Below, in pieces: positions 59,960 through 64,000 of a stretch of 64,000 bases of DNA. A program made the translations under genes and the position numbers. The notes under the pieces are model-generated. The model did no database searches. It was not told the DNA's origin and was given only the letters and a program-made list of their open reading frames with translations. Position 1 is the stretch's first letter. The number at the start of each line of letters is the position of its first letter. Source of the stretch: Oculina patagonica (lineage: Eukaryota); the NCBI RefSeq assembly GCF_052425735.1, contig NC_135762.1, positions 15,252,001 through 15,316,000 on the forward strand, in the 5' to 3' direction.

Positions 59960-62900
59960 ATGGAACGCCAGCCAGTGCTCCGGGAATACGAGAACAGGGA
60001 TCCGGGGAGTCAAAGTGATTTTGTGAAGGTACGAGCTAATGAAACTTTAATATATGTTGAACTTATAGTCTGTGCAAGAGGATCTATGACATAGCTTGTG
60101 CTGCTGAACTCTGCCATTTAGGCAGTTGCGTAGCTGATTGATTTCGACGATGAGCGAAATGCAAACTTTACATTTATAATGCCCAATTAATTACGGGATT
60201 TCTCAATTTTGTCTCACTGGCCTTCCCTTGAATTAGTACCCTGCGAGTTTAGTAGAAAGAGAAGGGAGGCGAGTCTGTCGTTGTAAGCCATTTTTGATGT
60301 ATTTTGAGAGGGTAGGTACGGTATTTTAGAAATGCAGATTGTTTCTGTGAAAATGTGTTTAACATTTTATCAGAACATGATTTTCTGACTACTTGAAATA
60401 CGGAGATTCAACAAAGATAGGTTTGGCCGAGCGGGTGGCGTCAAATGGATCTGCGCTGGTCAATTGTTTTTATATATTATTCAGTTTGTCGTAAAAAATG
60501 TTGTCGTTAATCATCGTGGTAGAGTACAATAATAATAAAGTATTTTTCGTTTGTCTCACGACGTAGTGTCACTACGTCGTGAGACAAACGAAAAACACTT
60601 TATTTTTACTCAGGTTGTGTTGTCATCTGAGCTCTTTAAAAAATACTTATTTACCTTTAGTGCTTTAAAAATAGGTAGTTTTGATTGAGTTGTCGGGGTC
60701 AAATGGATCTGCGCTGGTCTATTTAGGGATATTTTCCCGTTTATTGTTCAGTTCGTGTTTTCATCCGAGCTCTAGTTACGTTTAGTGCTTCACGTTCATT
60801 CTCGACCTTTTGGCCTATAGAGCGTTATCTGCTGGCGTCAACAAAATTCTACAGAAAAAACTTTAAACTCAACTGTTCAAAACTTTACTTTTAGCGTATA
60901 GACATCAGTGTCTTATTGCTGAGGAAATTATGTGCCATAAGAGTGTTTTGTTTTGGAAATAAGGAATTTTAAAATTCGAGACAACCTAGTTCAACATGAT
61001 CTCAAATTTTACAGAAACCAATATTTCTGAGCACTTTTCAGATAATTATGGTAATAAGTTTAAAGAGTTAAGTATTTTGATGTGAAGCCTTGAAGGCATG
61101 ACTTTGGTTAGCAGAATCTTCTTCCCTTCACGAAGACAGCTTTGGCCGCCGTGTTACTGTACTCAAGTGAAACCGGCAATAATGCGGACCCATAGAAAAC
61201 TCTGTAATTTCCGAATTTTTTTTCCCAATAACTTGGCTGCAGTAGGCACTGCCAAACTAAAATTTGGGAAATATATTTCTTTCTACCTACTCCACAATCT
61301 CTGAATTTGTAAATGTTTTTAATGAACAAAACGATATTGTTATGTTGGTAAAAACGCTCTACTGAATTACAATACACCTTTTATACTCTCAAGGCTAATT
61401 AAATAGTTTCTTAAATAGCTCCGCGAAGTCTTTTTAAGCAAGGATGCACGTCATTGGAGTATAGGAAATAGATAGATCCAGCCAATTACTCAGCAAGTTT
61501 GAAGGACACCTCATTGTGGCCTAGATGACAAACTGTTCTGTGCCGAATTTAATTCGAATTTGGACCGGGCCAAATCAACAAAAATACGCGTGTTGATTCA
61601 GACATCGAACTTAATTTGCGGTAAACACTCTTCACGATGCATGCCTGAACCGAGCCTCACTGCATTTAAAAATACGGCGTCGCCATGCAAGGGACAGCGA
61701 GTCGAATATTTTCATCCAGAAGACATTTTTGACATAATGTTTTCGATGAAAAAGAAGATCCTTGTGGTATTTCTAGTGATGAAGAAAGCGATTATGACAG
61801 GAAACTCAGAATTCAGAGCGAATTATGAAGGTAAGCGATCGATGAATTCGAGCACATGGCTTCGCAAGGGCTACACGATTGAAGATACGCCCCTGAAATG
61901 CGAGGAAATACTACTCAGATTGCCCATGAGCTATAGGATAAGTGGAGTTCGTCTAAAGATAAAGCCAATAACTAACCACTAAAGTCGTCTTTGTATTTTC
62001 TTTGTTGTTCTAATTAGTTTACAACACATGGGTAACCAAGCTTTTGTTGAACCGAGAAGTCCTGGATGCTAAACTAATTTGCATTTGATGTTACGACAAA
62101 ATAATAATATCACTGGGTAAGAAAAACTTTTACCGTTGCTAGGAGATTTTGGTTTTTGGCCAATCACTAAACCGAACAAACAATGGGTATTGTTTCTCAA
62201 TTTCGTGTTGAGCTCGTAAGAACAATGAGCACTTTCATTCCCCTGGTTAGGTTTGGAAAAGGCGACAAACTTGAGCCTTTGCCCACATGGACGGTTATGC
62301 AAAAAAAATTTCGCAAACGGAAATGAATTTTAGTTGTGTTTTTGAAATAAAATAAATTATAAATATTTTCGCATAGGGTGAGTTAGTTTTTATGCAGGTA
62401 TACACCTTATTCATAAATGGCGGACGCGCGGTTTAAGATTGGGCCGAGTACATGGAAACGAGGCTAGTGAGGCGTCGCTTCGCGGGAAATTAAAAGATTT
62501 GTATGAAGGATTCGTGCTATTTCATGTTTATCTCTTCAATTCAGCCATCGTTTTCAACGTTTTTCAAGATTTTTTTGCTGAGAGCGTTGAGAGTGATTTA
62601 GATTGTCTTGTTTGGAGGTTACATAGCGTTTTTATTGCGAAGATTCGCAGCAACGTGTACAAGTTCACAGCTAAAAATACTAAGTGTTTTGAGAATGGCG
62701 TCGAGTTCATCGGTTTCTCTGTGTGAAGATGACATTCCCGGTTCTTTGTTTGGTTCGAGAAAGCCAGCGGAGCTAGGAAACGAAGCTTTGAAATTTTGGT
62801 TAAAATGTCGTGGTGATAACTGCAAAGGATTGAAAACCAAGGCACAGCTATTGAAACGTCCTTAATGTCCTTTCTTTATGCTTTGTCCTGTGGAACGTTG

Positions 62901-63087
62901 AGCTTCTTCATGATTTGGGTGGCTACTCCATTTCTCCGTATCTAACTTATTTCACTGGGGCTTGCTGGGAAGTTTTGGATCGCCATTGTGAGATGCTACT
63001 GCGATCCCTATTTCGAGTCATTCGGAAGGATTTTCTCAAACATCAACGTGAACATTAATCGCCATACTATTCAATGAAAATGTGTAG
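59960..63087 (+). pseudogene. Caveolin C pseudogene (exon 1 at 59960-60028; 5'-truncated exon 2 at ~62866-63087)
   Basis: Exon 1 is MERQPVLREYENRDPGSQSDFVK. Exon 2 lacks its acceptor and 5' part and has TAA in place of Trp at ~62943. Confidence 0.8.
62400..62865 (+). mobile_element. Truncated transposon fragment with a SAP-like domain replacing the start of caveolin C exon 2
   Basis: MASSSS...ELGNEALKFWLKCRGDNCKGLKTKAQLLKR breaks off and abuts caveolin coding sequence. Confidence 0.45.
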
Positions 63088-64000
63088 CTTTTAAACCATA
63101 GTTTGTCTTGCATGAGTTGTAAAAGTAAGAAGCGTGAAAGTTTCTTTGTAATGTACTATTATACATTCAGCCAGAACATTTCACAATACTCAGGGTGGTC
63201 AGTTTCATTAGCTTGCAACTTTAAACCTATAACTGCAGTTGCAATGGGAACAAGTAAATATTGTGAACCTATTTTTTAAGCAAAACATTTCTTCGTTTCT
63301 ATAAGTTTAGGAACTTGGATTCTTTCATGTAACAAAAAAATTGAAATTAAAACAACTAGGTCTAATTAAAAGTAGATCTTTGAAATATCATTGAAATAAA
63401 CTTGAAAACAAAAAAAGGTTTCAATTGAAAATGTTAGTTTCCTGCTGCGGATACATGAGAAGGGGTTTTTATTTCCAAACTCGGAGCGCAAATAAAATTT
63501 AAAAGCGTGAGATATTTCGTCTGATATCATAAAGATGTTTGTAATTTTAATTTGTATCGAAAGGAAGTCAAGAAATAAAATTATGTTATTATGTTGTTAT
63601 TCCTCGCGAAGCGAGGCCGAAGGCCGAGCGTAGCGGGGTGTATAATTTTGTCCCTCAAAGGGCTCAGGCGGGATCAAATCTCGTGTGGAGTTTACGGTCA
63701 TATATATATATTTGTGATCTTGGTGTGTGGCGGAAATAACGTCACACGGCCGCGCGCTGGTGGCCTAATGGTGTGAGGCGTCGAACTTGAAATCAGATCT
63801 TCGGGACTGAAGGCGGGGGTTCGAACCCGGCTAGGGTTTTTTTTATTACTTTTTTTTGTGGGTTCGAATCCTGAGCCTTTCATTTTTATCGTTTTTCTTT
63901 TCGGATTAAAATAACACTGATTTCCACATAATACTCCCTCAACGCCTATTCAGGCTATAAACCTTTCATCGCCATCAGGGGCGCGCGGGCGGAGGGTTCG

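Overview
AT-rich animal genomic DNA with GT-AG introns, DNA transposons, tRNA-derived SINEs and two 500-N scaffold gaps. It is probably a cnidarian (stony coral), inferred only from repeat and gene style. The first ~34 kb hold an operon-like cluster of intronless genes that together resemble a ubiquitin-style conjugation toolkit of prokaryotic type: one ThiF/E1-like adenylating enzyme (2976-4268), one E2/UBC-fold protein with a Cys at the catalytic position (22770-23219), two JAB/MPN+ metalloproteases (14687-15364, 17002-17808), and 7 intact plus 5 broken copies of an unrecognised small-protein family. That family shares a ~55-aa core (LVFxPxTGKLEV...Gly/Ser-rich tail-FF) and is the candidate modifier or precursor. 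Most small proteins start with an N-myristoylation motif, both JABs end in CaaX boxes, caveolin genes are interleaved, and most upstream regions carry STAT (GAS) and IRF (ISRE)-type motifs. Together these suggest an immune-inducible, membrane-targeted modification system; this function is inference. The rest of the window has a full-length Harbinger transposon, a tandem array of GPI-anchored Ly6/three-finger genes, a caveolin pseudogene and many MITE, Crypton and SINE remnants. All calls were made by eye; no searches were run.
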